From Candidatus Ozemobacteraceae bacterium (lineage in GTDB: Bacteria > Muiribacteriota > Ozemobacteria > Ozemobacterales > Ozemobacteraceae), in NCBI GenBank assembly GCA_035373905.1, contig DAOSOK010000002.1:131038-195037 (forward strand): a stretch of DNA of 64,000 nucleotides. The letters run 5' to 3'. Numbering within the stretch: position 1 is the first letter of the stretch; every line of letters starts with the position of its first letter. The translations under genes and the position numbers were made by a program. The notes beneath the pieces are model-generated. The model saw nothing but the letters and a program-made list of their open reading frames with translations. It did not search any database and had not been told where the DNA came from. Positions 46,144-54,728 of the stretch are shown in pieces.

Positions 46144-46428
46144 TCATCGGTCGGTCCCGGTCTGGGCTTGGCGGTCGATGGCGCGGTTGAAGAGCGATTC
46201 GCAGTGATTCCGGAGAATCCTGGCCGCCTTCAGCGACTCGTCGATGACTAGGTTGGAAATCTCGGCCTGGCGGCGATGGACTTCATTCACGGTCTCGACC
46301 TGCATCGAGGCGACCTTCTCGACGTTGTGCGAAAACTGGACGGCCAGACGCATCGAGGCGTCGAACAGGTGCGTGGAGAGATCGGCGAGATCCGTGAGCG
46401 GGGTCATGGTGCTGCGGAAGGCGTTCAT
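46144..46428 (-). CDS. small helical protein, possible third phasin-like gene
   Basis: Internal start MNAFRSTMTPLTDLADLSTHLFDASMRL... 'cat' at 46426-46428. Confidence 0.4.
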   Translation of the reverse strand: MNAFRSTMTPLTDLADLSTHLFDASMRLAVQFSHNVEKVASMQVETVNEVHRRQAEISNLVIDESLKAARILRNHCESLFNRAIDRQAQTGTDR

Positions 46429-46525
46429 GGTTTTGTTCTCCTGAAATTGTGCGGTGCAATTTCGTGCTTGTGTTGAATTGGTCTTACAGAAGCAAATATA
46501 GCATCGGTAAGAAATTGTGTCAAGC

Positions 46526-46549
46526 AAAATAATTTTGCAATGCAAAATA
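46526..46549. promoter_or_regulatory. candidate operator AAATAATTTTGCA-a-TGCAAAAT (copy 2, a perfect 8+1+8 inverted repeat) upstream of the phasin genes
   Basis: ATTTTGCA a TGCAAAAT, found in an AT-rich promoter island. Confidence 0.5.
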
Positions 46550-46726
46550 TTTTTTCTGCCGCTCGTTCGCGGAGGTGCCAAGACGCGCCCGGAGCGACTC
46601 GTCGTCGGGGCGTCCGGGGTGAGCCGAAGAGGGCGAGGCACCCGTGGGAAATGTGTGGTCCGGGATGCGAGGGAAAAGAAACAGCCCGGGAGCTTCCGGG
46701 CTGTTTCTGAATGAAGCGGGAGGCCG

Positions 46727-47368
46727 CTACCTCTTGCGGCGGCGGACGGTCCCCGGTTTCTCGGCGTGCTTCAGGGCTTCGACCTCGCGGCGGAGTCGCT
46801 GGAGTTCCTCGCGAAGCGAATCATCCGCATGCGGGGCGGGCTGGGCGGGGGACTGAACCGGCTGGGCCGCCTGGCCGTGGGTGGGCTGCTGAGGCGGCGT
46901 TTGCGGTTGGGGAGCCTGTGGTTGAGGCTGCGGCTGCGGAGAAGCGCCGAAAAAACTTCCGAATGGCGACATGGTCGGAAAACTTCCGGGAAGCCAGGGA
47001 TTCATCATCATCCCGGACATCAGGCGCCGCTGCTGGTCGAGATATCCCTGGAACGCCTGGGGAAGACCGTTGTAGAGGAAGTCGCGGACGACGTTGTCCT
47101 GCGCGCGGATCATCAGCGTGACGAGGTCGAGCGGGAGATAGTCGGGGCGGGATTTCAGCGTTTCCACGAGAACCTGCCCCATGGTGACCTGCGTGAGGTC
47201 TTCGCCGGTCTTGTGATCGAGGATCCGAATCCGCTCGCCGGCCTTGATGCGATCGGCGATCTCGCCGAGCGTGACATGGGTGTTTCGCGTCGCATCATAG
47301 ATGCGGCGGTTCGGATACTTGCGGAGAATGGTTTCGCCCTGGCCTTCGCCGTGCTGTTTCTGTGTCAT
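46727..47368 (-). CDS. phaR: PHA synthesis repressor PhaR
   Basis: ILRKYPNRRIYDATRNTHVTLGEI (PhaR N-terminal DNA-binding signature), C-terminal Q/P-rich tail. GGAGG RBS. Confidence 0.8.
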   Translation of the reverse strand: MTQKQHGEGQGETILRKYPNRRIYDATRNTHVTLGEIADRIKAGERIRILDHKTGEDLTQVTMGQVLVETLKSRPDYLPLDLVTLMIRAQDNVVRDFLYNGLPQAFQGYLDQQRRLMSGMMMNPWLPGSFPTMSPFGSFFGASPQPQPQPQAPQPQTPPQQPTHGQAAQPVQSPAQPAPHADDSLREELQRLRREVEALKHAEKPGTVRRRKR

Positions 47369-47487
47369 GCCGTGCCTCCGGTTCGTGGTGCGGAATGGAC
47401 CGGTCGCGCTTCCCGTGCGGTCCTTCGAAAATTATAATGCATTGCGGCCGGAAGGTAAAGGCCCTTGTTGTCGCGCAAAAGCCGCGC

Positions 47488-48702
47488 TCACTCCCAGCGG
47501 CCGGGAATGGCGGTTCCGCAAAAAGCGCAGGCGCCGTTCCTGATATGCATTTCCCCGATCGAATACCCGAACCGCTCGACGACGCGCTTTTTGCAGCCCG
47601 GGCAGAAGGTGCTCTCTCCCTCGTGGCCGGGGATGTTTCCCAGGTAGACATACCGAAGGCCGGCCTGCATCGCCAGTTCCCGCAGTCGTTCGAGGGTGTC
47701 GGGCGGCGTCGGCGGAAGGCTGCGAAGACGGTAGGTGGGCATGAACCGTGAGAGGAACAGGCTGATGTCTGGGCCGGCGTGTTCCACGAGCCATCGGAAC
47801 ATGGCCGAGCAGGTCACGGGATCGTCGTTCAGCGTCGGAACGACGAGCGTGACGATATCGACGAGGGTCTTGCTCCCGGCCAATCGTTCGATCGTCGAAA
47901 GAACCGGCGCGAGAGTCCCTCCGCAGACGGAGCGGTAGAAACGTTCCGTGAACCCCTTGAGGTCGACTTTCATGACGTCGAGCCAGGGAAGGAGCTCCCT
48001 GAGAGGCTCGGGGTTGATATAGCCGCAGGAAATCATGATGTTCGCGAGGCCGGCCGCGCGGGCCGCTTTCGACGTGTCGAGCATGTACTCGTAGAAGATC
48101 GTCGGCTCGGTGTACGTGTAGGCGATGCTCCTGCACTTGTTGGCAAGCGCTTCCGCGACGACCCGCCCGGGAGGGAGATCGTAAAACTCGCACTCTTCCG
48201 GCCCGATCTGCGAGATCTGCCAGTTCTGGCAGTAGCGGCAGCCGAAGAGGCACCCGGCCGTCGCGATCGAGAAGGCTGTGCTGCCGGGCAGGAAATGAAA
48301 GACCGGCTTTTTTTCGATCGGATCGATCGCCGCCGAGCAGGGGCGGCCGTACACGAGAGTGCCGAGACGGTTTTCCAGGCTGATGCGCGCCCTGCAGAGA
48401 CCTCGTTCGAACGGCTTCAGCGTGCAGAAACGGGGGCAGAGTTCGCAGCGGATCAGTCCGTTCGCGGTGCGCGACCAGTACATCGCATCACGCGGGGAGA
48501 AGCCGGCCGCTTCGAGGGCGCGCAGGTTCGCCTCGGCGGCGGCGCGGTCGTAGGTATGCCGGCCCGCCGGCCCTTCGGGCTGGGCCCGTTCCGGGGAAAC
48601 GGCTTTCAGTCCGCTCCCGGCACGGCCGTCGAGGAGAAGTCCGCCGAGGCTGATTCCTGCCGCCGCGGTGCAGACGTCGATGAGAAACCGGCGCCTGTTC
48701 AT
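47488..48702 (-). CDS. radical SAM enzyme of the AmmeMemoRadiSam/PflA-like type with an N-terminal twin-arginine signal
   Basis: Internal start MNRRRFLIDVCTAAAGISLGG (Tat motif). CELCPRFC cluster and CLFGCRYCQNW (CxxxCxxC). ATGA overlap with the upstream gene. Alternative Met at about 48483. Confidence 0.7.
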   Translation of the reverse strand: MNRRRFLIDVCTAAAGISLGGLLLDGRAGSGLKAVSPERAQPEGPAGRHTYDRAAAEANLRALEAAGFSPRDAMYWSRTANGLIRCELCPRFCTLKPFERGLCRARISLENRLGTLVYGRPCSAAIDPIEKKPVFHFLPGSTAFSIATAGCLFGCRYCQNWQISQIGPEECEFYDLPPGRVVAEALANKCRSIAYTYTEPTIFYEYMLDTSKAARAAGLANIMISCGYINPEPLRELLPWLDVMKVDLKGFTERFYRSVCGGTLAPVLSTIERLAGSKTLVDIVTLVVPTLNDDPVTCSAMFRWLVEHAGPDISLFLSRFMPTYRLRSLPPTPPDTLERLRELAMQAGLRYVYLGNIPGHEGESTFCPGCKKRVVERFGYSIGEMHIRNGACAFCGTAIPGRWE

Positions 48703-49892
48703 GAGTCGCCGCCCGGACCGGGTTTCTCGGCTGGCCGGAGACGGGCCAGGCTCGTTTTGAACGTCTCGATGTCGGCAAACAGCGGGTTCAGAGGGCACAG
48801 TTTCCGGCAATAGAAGCGGGGAACCAGCGCCGCGCCTGCGAGAACCGAAACGGCGAGAAGCGTTCCCCACGCGCCGAGATTCCGGAAGAAGAGGGCCGAA
48901 AAGACTTCCGCCCGCTCCAGGGGGAGGTCTTCCGTCATCGGATACAGCAGGAGAACCGTCCAGAGGAGGGCACGACCAGGTCCGGGGCTGCATGAGCCGG
49001 GAGAAGCCGCGGGCGAGATCGAGTGAATGACGTCCTGGAGGCGGCCGCAGGGGCAGAGAAACCGGCAGTAGCCGCGCCTTGAGAGAAAGACGGCCGTCGC
49101 CGCGAGTGCCAGAATCAGGCCCGCCTGGAAGGACGCCGAACCGCCCGTCAGGAAGCGGAGATGCGAAAGGGAGACGAATGTCGGGGAAAGGAGACCGAGG
49201 GAAAAAACGACGAAGGTCGCCGCAAGGGCGTTTCCGATGAATCGCTGAAAACATGCCGCGAGGACGGCGATGAAGACGGCAACCAAGCTGGTCCGAACGC
49301 CTTTCCTGGAAGGAAGCGCGGACGCGGGTTCTCTCGGAAGGGGCCGACCGGAGGAGGCGTTCGCGACGGCAAACCCCTGACGAAGGGCCTGACACAGGGC
49401 TTCGACCGAGACGGTGGCGTGCGTCAGACCTTCGATGTCCTCACCCGGAACAAGGGGGTCATGGGCCGTTTTTCCGGCGAACTGTCCGAGAAACCAGTCT
49501 GAATCGATGCCGGCGACGAACGTCGGCGTTTCAGTATGCGAGAGGAGGCGCACGCCGGTGATGCGGCCTGCATCGTCGAAGCCGGCGACGAGATCGACGG
49601 GGCCAGCATAGCCTGCCGGGCGTGGAGCGAGAAACGCGCTGAAAACGGCGTGCCAGCGAACGGTTCCCGAGGCGTCGATCCCTTCAAGACGGCAAGGTCC
49701 GTGAGAAGCGGGGCGCAGAGAGAGACCGGACGGGCCGATGGACCGGGCGGCAGCTTCCCATGCCGCCGGAATGTCCCCGGCGGGACCGGGGCGATCTGAC
49801 GGCGTTCTCGTCGTACGGGCGCCGTGGAGCCAGACGAGAGCCAGCAGGAGAACCGTCACTCCGGCAAAGACGTGATGTGTCTTCGCTCTCAA
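48699..49892 (-). CDS. NosR/NapH-like membrane protein: FMN-binding domain + TM helices + two CxxLCPxG/N ferredoxin-like motifs
   Basis: N-terminal TM. FMN_bind-like region (...IEGLTHATVSVEAL). GYCRFLCPCG and FYCRKLCPLNP motifs. Confidence 0.6.
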   Translation of the reverse strand: MRAKTHHVFAGVTVLLLALVWLHGARTTRTPSDRPGPAGDIPAAWEAAARSIGPSGLSLRPASHGPCRLEGIDASGTVRWHAVFSAFLAPRPAGYAGPVDLVAGFDDAGRITGVRLLSHTETPTFVAGIDSDWFLGQFAGKTAHDPLVPGEDIEGLTHATVSVEALCQALRQGFAVANASSGRPLPREPASALPSRKGVRTSLVAVFIAVLAACFQRFIGNALAATFVVFSLGLLSPTFVSLSHLRFLTGGSASFQAGLILALAATAVFLSRRGYCRFLCPCGRLQDVIHSISPAASPGSCSPGPGRALLWTVLLLYPMTEDLPLERAEVFSALFFRNLGAWGTLLAVSVLAGAALVPRFYCRKLCPLNPLFADIETFKTSLARLRPAEKPGPGGDS

Positions 49893-49926
49893 AATTCATC
49901 CTCGTTTCATCTCGTTCGGTGGTATA

Positions 49927-52173
49927 GTGAAACGGCTCCATGATACCTGTTTTCAAAGCGAACCTGAAATGAATTTTCCCGCCCTATCCGATATCTTCCG
50001 TCTTCTTCTCGACAATCTCACCAGCGCCGAATACGAGTTGCGCAAGGCGGCCCTCACGGCGGTGAGCAGATTGCGGGGGGAAACCGCCGCCGAGATTCTG
50101 TTCGAGCGCTTCAAAAGCGACAATCTCGATGATTACCTGACCTTCGCGCTCAGCAGAATGAGCGCCGACAAGGCGGCAAAACTCTTGCTTCAGGCTCTCC
50201 ACGATACGCACGTCGAGACCAGGCTCGCCGCGGCCGACGCCCTGTCGCGGCTGAATGCCGACGAAGCGGTCCAGGTGCTCAGCGATGCGGTCGAGCAGTA
50301 TCTCGCGGGGTCGGGCGGCGGTGCGGACGCCGTTCTGCTGAGCGAGGAAGCCATTTCCGGCGCCGTCCGGGCGCTCGGGAGACTCGGCACGCCCGTCTGC
50401 ATGGCGTTGATGCGCAAGCTTCTTATGAAGGAAACGAATCCGCGTATCCGTGCAACGATTCTCGCGGCCATCGTTCCGCGAATGACCGACTCGTTGCTGA
50501 CCCTTGTCGCGGGGTTTCTCAAAGACGAAGACCCCCGCGTCCGGGCGAATGCCGTCGAGGCCCTCCAGGCGCTGAAGAATCCATCCATCATCGCCGTTCT
50601 TCAGCCGTATCTCTACGATCCGCACCAGCGCGTGCGCGCGAACGCCATCAAGGCCGTCTGGCAATACGGTGACTTCGAGGTTTCCGCCACGCTCAAGGAA
50701 ATGCTGGCCGACAAGGACAAGCGGCAGCGCGTGTCGGCTCTCTACGCCATCGGGGAAATCAGGCTCGCCGGCTTTCAGAAGCATGTCCTGGCGGCGCTCA
50801 GAGACCAGGACGCGGACATCCGACGAAATGCCCTCATTGCGATTCGGAAAATCTCCGTCGGAGCACAGGCCCCGATTCTCGCGACGCTGAAAGACAGCGT
50901 GCTTCCCCTGCTGGAGGACCAGGAGCCGGCGGTCAGACTCCAGGCCGTCACTGCGCTGGAAGCGACGATGGGCGGCGAAGCCTTCATGCCCCTGGTCAAG
51001 CGGCTTCTCATGGAAAAAGCCGCCGGGGTTCTCGCGCAGATCATCGATACGATCGGCCGGTTCAGAAAGCCCGAGACTCTCTCGATCATCGATTCCTATC
51101 TCGACAACTCCGAAGCGCAGGTTGCCATCGCCGCACTGAACGCCATCGGCGGAATAGAGCCAGAAATGGTGACGTCCGTCGTCCTCAAGTCGATCAGGCG
51201 AAGTATGAAGCATCCTGAAATCCGGGTTCGCAGGAAAACCGTCGAGACCCTGTGGAAACTTGGCGCCTTCGACGTCCTCAACGAGTTGTGCGTCGGGTTG
51301 CGTCACGAGCGCCAGGATATTCGGAAGATGTTTCTCCAGTGTTTCGGGGAGGTGTGCGCCGAAGTATCGCGATCAGGAGGCGAGCTTCTCACGACTTTCG
51401 AGCGTGAGTTGAAAGCGGCTATCGCCGAACATCAGAAAAGGCTCGAACAGAGTAAATCTTCTGCGGCCCAGGCAGATGCCCAGAACCTTTGGAACCTCGC
51501 GGCCGGGCACATCCGCTCCGGAAGGAACACCGAGGCGGCGGACGCTCTCGAACGCCTGCTGAAGATGGCCCCGAGGCATGTTCAGGCTTGGATGGCTCTT
51601 GGCGATTTGGCCCATCGTGGGGACGACCATGTGCGGGCCATCGACTGTTTCCGTTCGGCCTTGGCCCTGGAGCCCAACTTGCCGAAAGCCCTGTATGCCC
51701 TCGGTCAGATCCACCACGCAAGGGGGGAATGGAAGCAGGCGGCCGAGGCGCTTCATGCGACGATCCGGTTGTATCCGAAGCTGCCGCAGGCGTATCTACT
51801 GCTGGCCGAGGCTCTCGAAGAGCTTCAGCGGCCCCAGGACGCCTACAAGGCCCTGCTTCGCCTGGCGGACCTCGTGCCGGACAACCCCGCCGCCCTCCAA
51901 CGACTGGCGCGGGCGGCGTTTTTCGTCGGGGATTCGACGAAAGCCGTTGCTGCCGCGAAAAAGGCGGCCGAACACGGGCAGATCGACCTGGCCTGCCATT
52001 TTATTATATCGTATGGTATGGCATTCGAGGGGAACGGCGGGGCCGCCTATCGCGACCTGGTGCTTCTCGTCTCGAAAATCCTCGCACACCCCTCGGGGAA
52101 GGGGACCGCGGAACTGTTGAAGCTGTGCCAGTGTGCCGCGAAGCTGTTTGCCATGCGTTCGGAAAATGCCTGA
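49927..52173 (+). CDS. HEAT-repeat (PBS-lyase-like) + C-terminal TPR protein
   Basis: Repeated ...RVRANAVEALQAL.../...VRLQAVTALEA... units. TPR-like C-terminus. GTG at 49927 or ATG at 49969. Confidence 0.6.
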   Translation: MKRLHDTCFQSEPEMNFPALSDIFRLLLDNLTSAEYELRKAALTAVSRLRGETAAEILFERFKSDNLDDYLTFALSRMSADKAAKLLLQALHDTHVETRLAAADALSRLNADEAVQVLSDAVEQYLAGSGGGADAVLLSEEAISGAVRALGRLGTPVCMALMRKLLMKETNPRIRATILAAIVPRMTDSLLTLVAGFLKDEDPRVRANAVEALQALKNPSIIAVLQPYLYDPHQRVRANAIKAVWQYGDFEVSATLKEMLADKDKRQRVSALYAIGEIRLAGFQKHVLAALRDQDADIRRNALIAIRKISVGAQAPILATLKDSVLPLLEDQEPAVRLQAVTALEATMGGEAFMPLVKRLLMEKAAGVLAQIIDTIGRFRKPETLSIIDSYLDNSEAQVAIAALNAIGGIEPEMVTSVVLKSIRRSMKHPEIRVRRKTVETLWKLGAFDVLNELCVGLRHERQDIRKMFLQCFGEVCAEVSRSGGELLTTFERELKAAIAEHQKRLEQSKSSAAQADAQNLWNLAAGHIRSGRNTEAADALERLLKMAPRHVQAWMALGDLAHRGDDHVRAIDCFRSALALEPNLPKALYALGQIHHARGEWKQAAEALHATIRLYPKLPQAYLLLAEALEELQRPQDAYKALLRLADLVPDNPAALQRLARAAFFVGDSTKAVAAAKKAAEHGQIDLACHFIISYGMAFEGNGGAAYRDLVLLVSKILAHPSGKGTAELLKLCQCAAKLFAMRSENA

Positions 52174-52241
52174 AAACGGTTTGCGAGGCGGGTGGCCGTG
52201 TATTATGATGGCATGACTATCTTGTCTGGTGGAGGGAAACC

Positions 52242-53429
52242 ATGCCCCGGGCTTACATGCGGATTCACCGTGGAATCACCATCCTGCTCGTTCTCCTTGC
52301 GGCTCTTCTGATCCGCCCGGCCCTGGCGAGCAGGGAGTGTCCGGCGTGCGGAAAGTCGTTCGACGACGGGGTGAACTTCTGCCCGTTCGACGGGGGAAAA
52401 CTCGAGCAGAGCCCTCGGGGCGAGCGGGGAACCCTCATCGTGCGCGTGACGCCGCCGGAAGCGACGATGCTGATCGACGGTCTTCCCCGCGGCACGGGGC
52501 CGGAACTCCGGTTCGAGATTCCCGCCGGAGAGCACCGCCTCGAGGCGGCAGCTCCCGGTTTCGCCTCCCAGAAGCTCAGCTTCAGCGTCGCATCCGGCCA
52601 GGAACAGCGACTGACGCTGGAACTCGCCCCTGTCACCCAGATGCCCGCTTCGACGCCGGCCGCGGCCCCCGCGAACGGCCGCCCCAGGGGGGAAATGGTC
52701 GAGGTCAAGGGCGGTGTCTACATGCTTGGCAACGAGCGCGGCAACCCGGACGAACGGCCTCTGCGGAAGATCAAGAGCCCGGGGTTCTGGATCGACAAAT
52801 ACGAAGTGACCTGCGCCGAATACCTCCGCTTCATCGATGCGATCAAACGTGAAGGACACAAGTGGTGCCATCCTTCCGAGCCCATGCAGAAAGATCATAT
52901 ACCATACCATACATATACCTGGGCGCTGCGGTTCAGCTGGCTCGGGGGGCGACCCCCGGCCGGAATGGAGGAGTGCCCGGTCGTCCTCGTCGACTGGTAC
53001 GACGCCTGGGCGTATGCGAAGTGGGCCGGCAAACGACTCCCGACCGAAGACGAGTGGGAGATCGCGGCGGGCGGCGGTGACGGCCGCGAATACCCGTGGG
53101 GGAGCAGTTTTCGCGTCGAAAACGTGAATATAGGCGGGTATCCGGTGAAGGTGGGGAGCTTCCCGGACGGCGCCTCGCCGTGGGGGGCCCTCGACATGGC
53201 TGGCAACGTGGCCGAGTGGACGGTGACCGCCTACGAACCCGACGCCCGCGACGGCCGCGATTTCAACGGCCATTTCGGCCAGCCGATCATCCGCGGCGGC
53301 TCGTGGGACGATGAATCGAAAGGGTGCCGGGTCAGCGCCCGCGACGTGCATCGGACGCCCTTCTACCGCAGCACCACCGTCGGGTTCCGGTGCGTGCGCG
53401 ATACGCCGCCTCCAGATGCGAAACCCTGA
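52242..53429 (+). CDS. FGE-sulfatase (SUMF1)-domain protein with an N-terminal zinc ribbon + PEGA-like domain
   Basis: CPACGKSFDDGVNFCPFDG. PEGA-like (TLIVRVTPPEATMLIDG). C-terminal FGE core (WDAWAYAKWAGKRLPTEDEWE...GGSW...GFRC). GGAGGG RBS. Confidence 0.7.
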   Translation: MPRAYMRIHRGITILLVLLAALLIRPALASRECPACGKSFDDGVNFCPFDGGKLEQSPRGERGTLIVRVTPPEATMLIDGLPRGTGPELRFEIPAGEHRLEAAAPGFASQKLSFSVASGQEQRLTLELAPVTQMPASTPAAAPANGRPRGEMVEVKGGVYMLGNERGNPDERPLRKIKSPGFWIDKYEVTCAEYLRFIDAIKREGHKWCHPSEPMQKDHIPYHTYTWALRFSWLGGRPPAGMEECPVVLVDWYDAWAYAKWAGKRLPTEDEWEIAAGGGDGREYPWGSSFRVENVNIGGYPVKVGSFPDGASPWGALDMAGNVAEWTVTAYEPDARDGRDFNGHFGQPIIRGGSWDDESKGCRVSARDVHRTPFYRSTTVGFRCVRDTPPPDAKP

Positions 53430-54378
53430 CCACCCCGACCGGGCAGGACCGCGCGCGAAGAGAAAAACCTCCTCGGAACCGTGGCCGAACGGGCTGCGGG
53501 TGGGGTTCCATCTCTCGATCGCTTCTGGCCCTGAAACCCTATTCGAGCGGTACCGGGTCCGCGGATGCACGACGCTCCAGATATTCACGTCGAGCCCGAG
53601 AGTCTGGGAACTGCGCCCCTGGTCTGACGAGATGGTCGAACGGTTTCATGCCGCCCGCGCGGCCGCCGGTTCCCCGCCGTTGATCGTCCATGCGCGGTAT
53701 CTCGCGAACCTCGCCTCCGCCAACCCCGATGTCCGGCGAAAATCCGTCGAGGTTCTGCGGTTCGAATACCGGATGGCGGCGCGGTGCGGGGCCGATTTCG
53801 TCGTCGTCCACATGGGCAGCAATCCCGATCGCGAGGACGGCTTGAGCCACATGAAAGCCGGACTCCATGCCGCTCTCGACGGAGTGGCGGCCGATTCGCC
53901 CCTGCTTCTGCTCGAGAACACCGCCGGGGAACGGAACGATCTCGGCGCCGACCTTGCCGAGATCGCCGGCGTTCGCGACGAGATGCCGTTCCCGACGGGC
54001 GTCTGCATCGACACCTGCCATGCGTTCCAGGCCGGCTACGATCTTCGCGAGGTGGCGGAACGCGACCGGCTCGAACGCGACGCAGCCCGCCTGTTCGGCC
54101 CCGACGGCGTCAGGGTGGTCCATCTGAACGACTCGATGAAGCCCTTCGGAGCGCATCACGACAGGCACGAGAACATCGGCGGCGGGGTGATCGGCGCAGA
54201 AAACCTCGCCGAACTCCTGCTGCGGCCGGGTTTCACCGGCCGCCCCGTCATCATGGAAACCCCCCAAGCCGGCAACGAAGACCCCGCCGATGACCTCAAA
54301 AACCTCGCCACCCTTCGCACGGCGTTGAAAGCCTGTGCGAAACGCGCCTTCCGCCCCAAAGACGCTCCGTTGGCATAA
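53416..54378 (+). CDS. nfo: endonuclease IV (AP endonuclease family 2)
   Basis: GFHLSIASG...VVHMGS...LLLENTAG...CIDTCHAFQAGYD...VVHLNDS. Start uncertain: ATG at 53416 or about 53494. Confidence 0.8.
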   Translation: MRNPDHPDRAGPRAKRKTSSEPWPNGLRVGFHLSIASGPETLFERYRVRGCTTLQIFTSSPRVWELRPWSDEMVERFHAARAAAGSPPLIVHARYLANLASANPDVRRKSVEVLRFEYRMAARCGADFVVVHMGSNPDREDGLSHMKAGLHAALDGVAADSPLLLLENTAGERNDLGADLAEIAGVRDEMPFPTGVCIDTCHAFQAGYDLREVAERDRLERDAARLFGPDGVRVVHLNDSMKPFGAHHDRHENIGGGVIGAENLAELLLRPGFTGRPVIMETPQAGNEDPADDLKNLATLRTALKACAKRAFRPKDAPLA

Positions 54379-54440
54379 GGCTCTGGTTGAAGCAATCCAT
54401 CCCCAGTTGAGGGGAGACCTGCGGTATCTTCGGATTGACT

Positions 54441-54630
54441 ACTCGTCGCAAACGTACCACGACACTCATCCCGTATACTCGCATACTCGATGCCGTTCGT
54501 GCTGAGCTTGTCGAAGCACAAAAGCTCTCGCCCTTCGACAAGCTCAGGGCGAACGGCTGTGTCATGTCAGGTCGTATACGATATATTTCGAATGCGATAA
54601 TTGTCGCCTCATATATGAGACGAGTATGAT
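54441..54630. repeat. MITE/REP-like ~190 bp element, copy A (central 60 bp palindrome at about 54494-54553)
   Basis: GTTCGTGCTGAGCTTGTCGAAGCAC...GCCCTTCGACAAGCTCAGGGCGAAC. The flanks are homologous (inverted orientation) to copy B. Confidence 0.7.
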
Positions 54631-54728
54631 TCTCCGAACGGATCCCGCAACAGCAAGCACAGGCACAAAGGAAAAACGAACGCTTCCTTTGTGCCTGTGC
54701 CTGCTGTTGCGGCGAACCCGGGAACTCT

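Noticed and set aside
54296-54629. ORFs containing the peptide ALSLSKGE (54296..54565-, 54435..54629+, the N-terminus of 58613..60370+, and the 40441 region).
   Set aside because: They are translations of the REP/MITE-like repeat, not conserved proteins. The same peptide recurs because the DNA repeat recurs.
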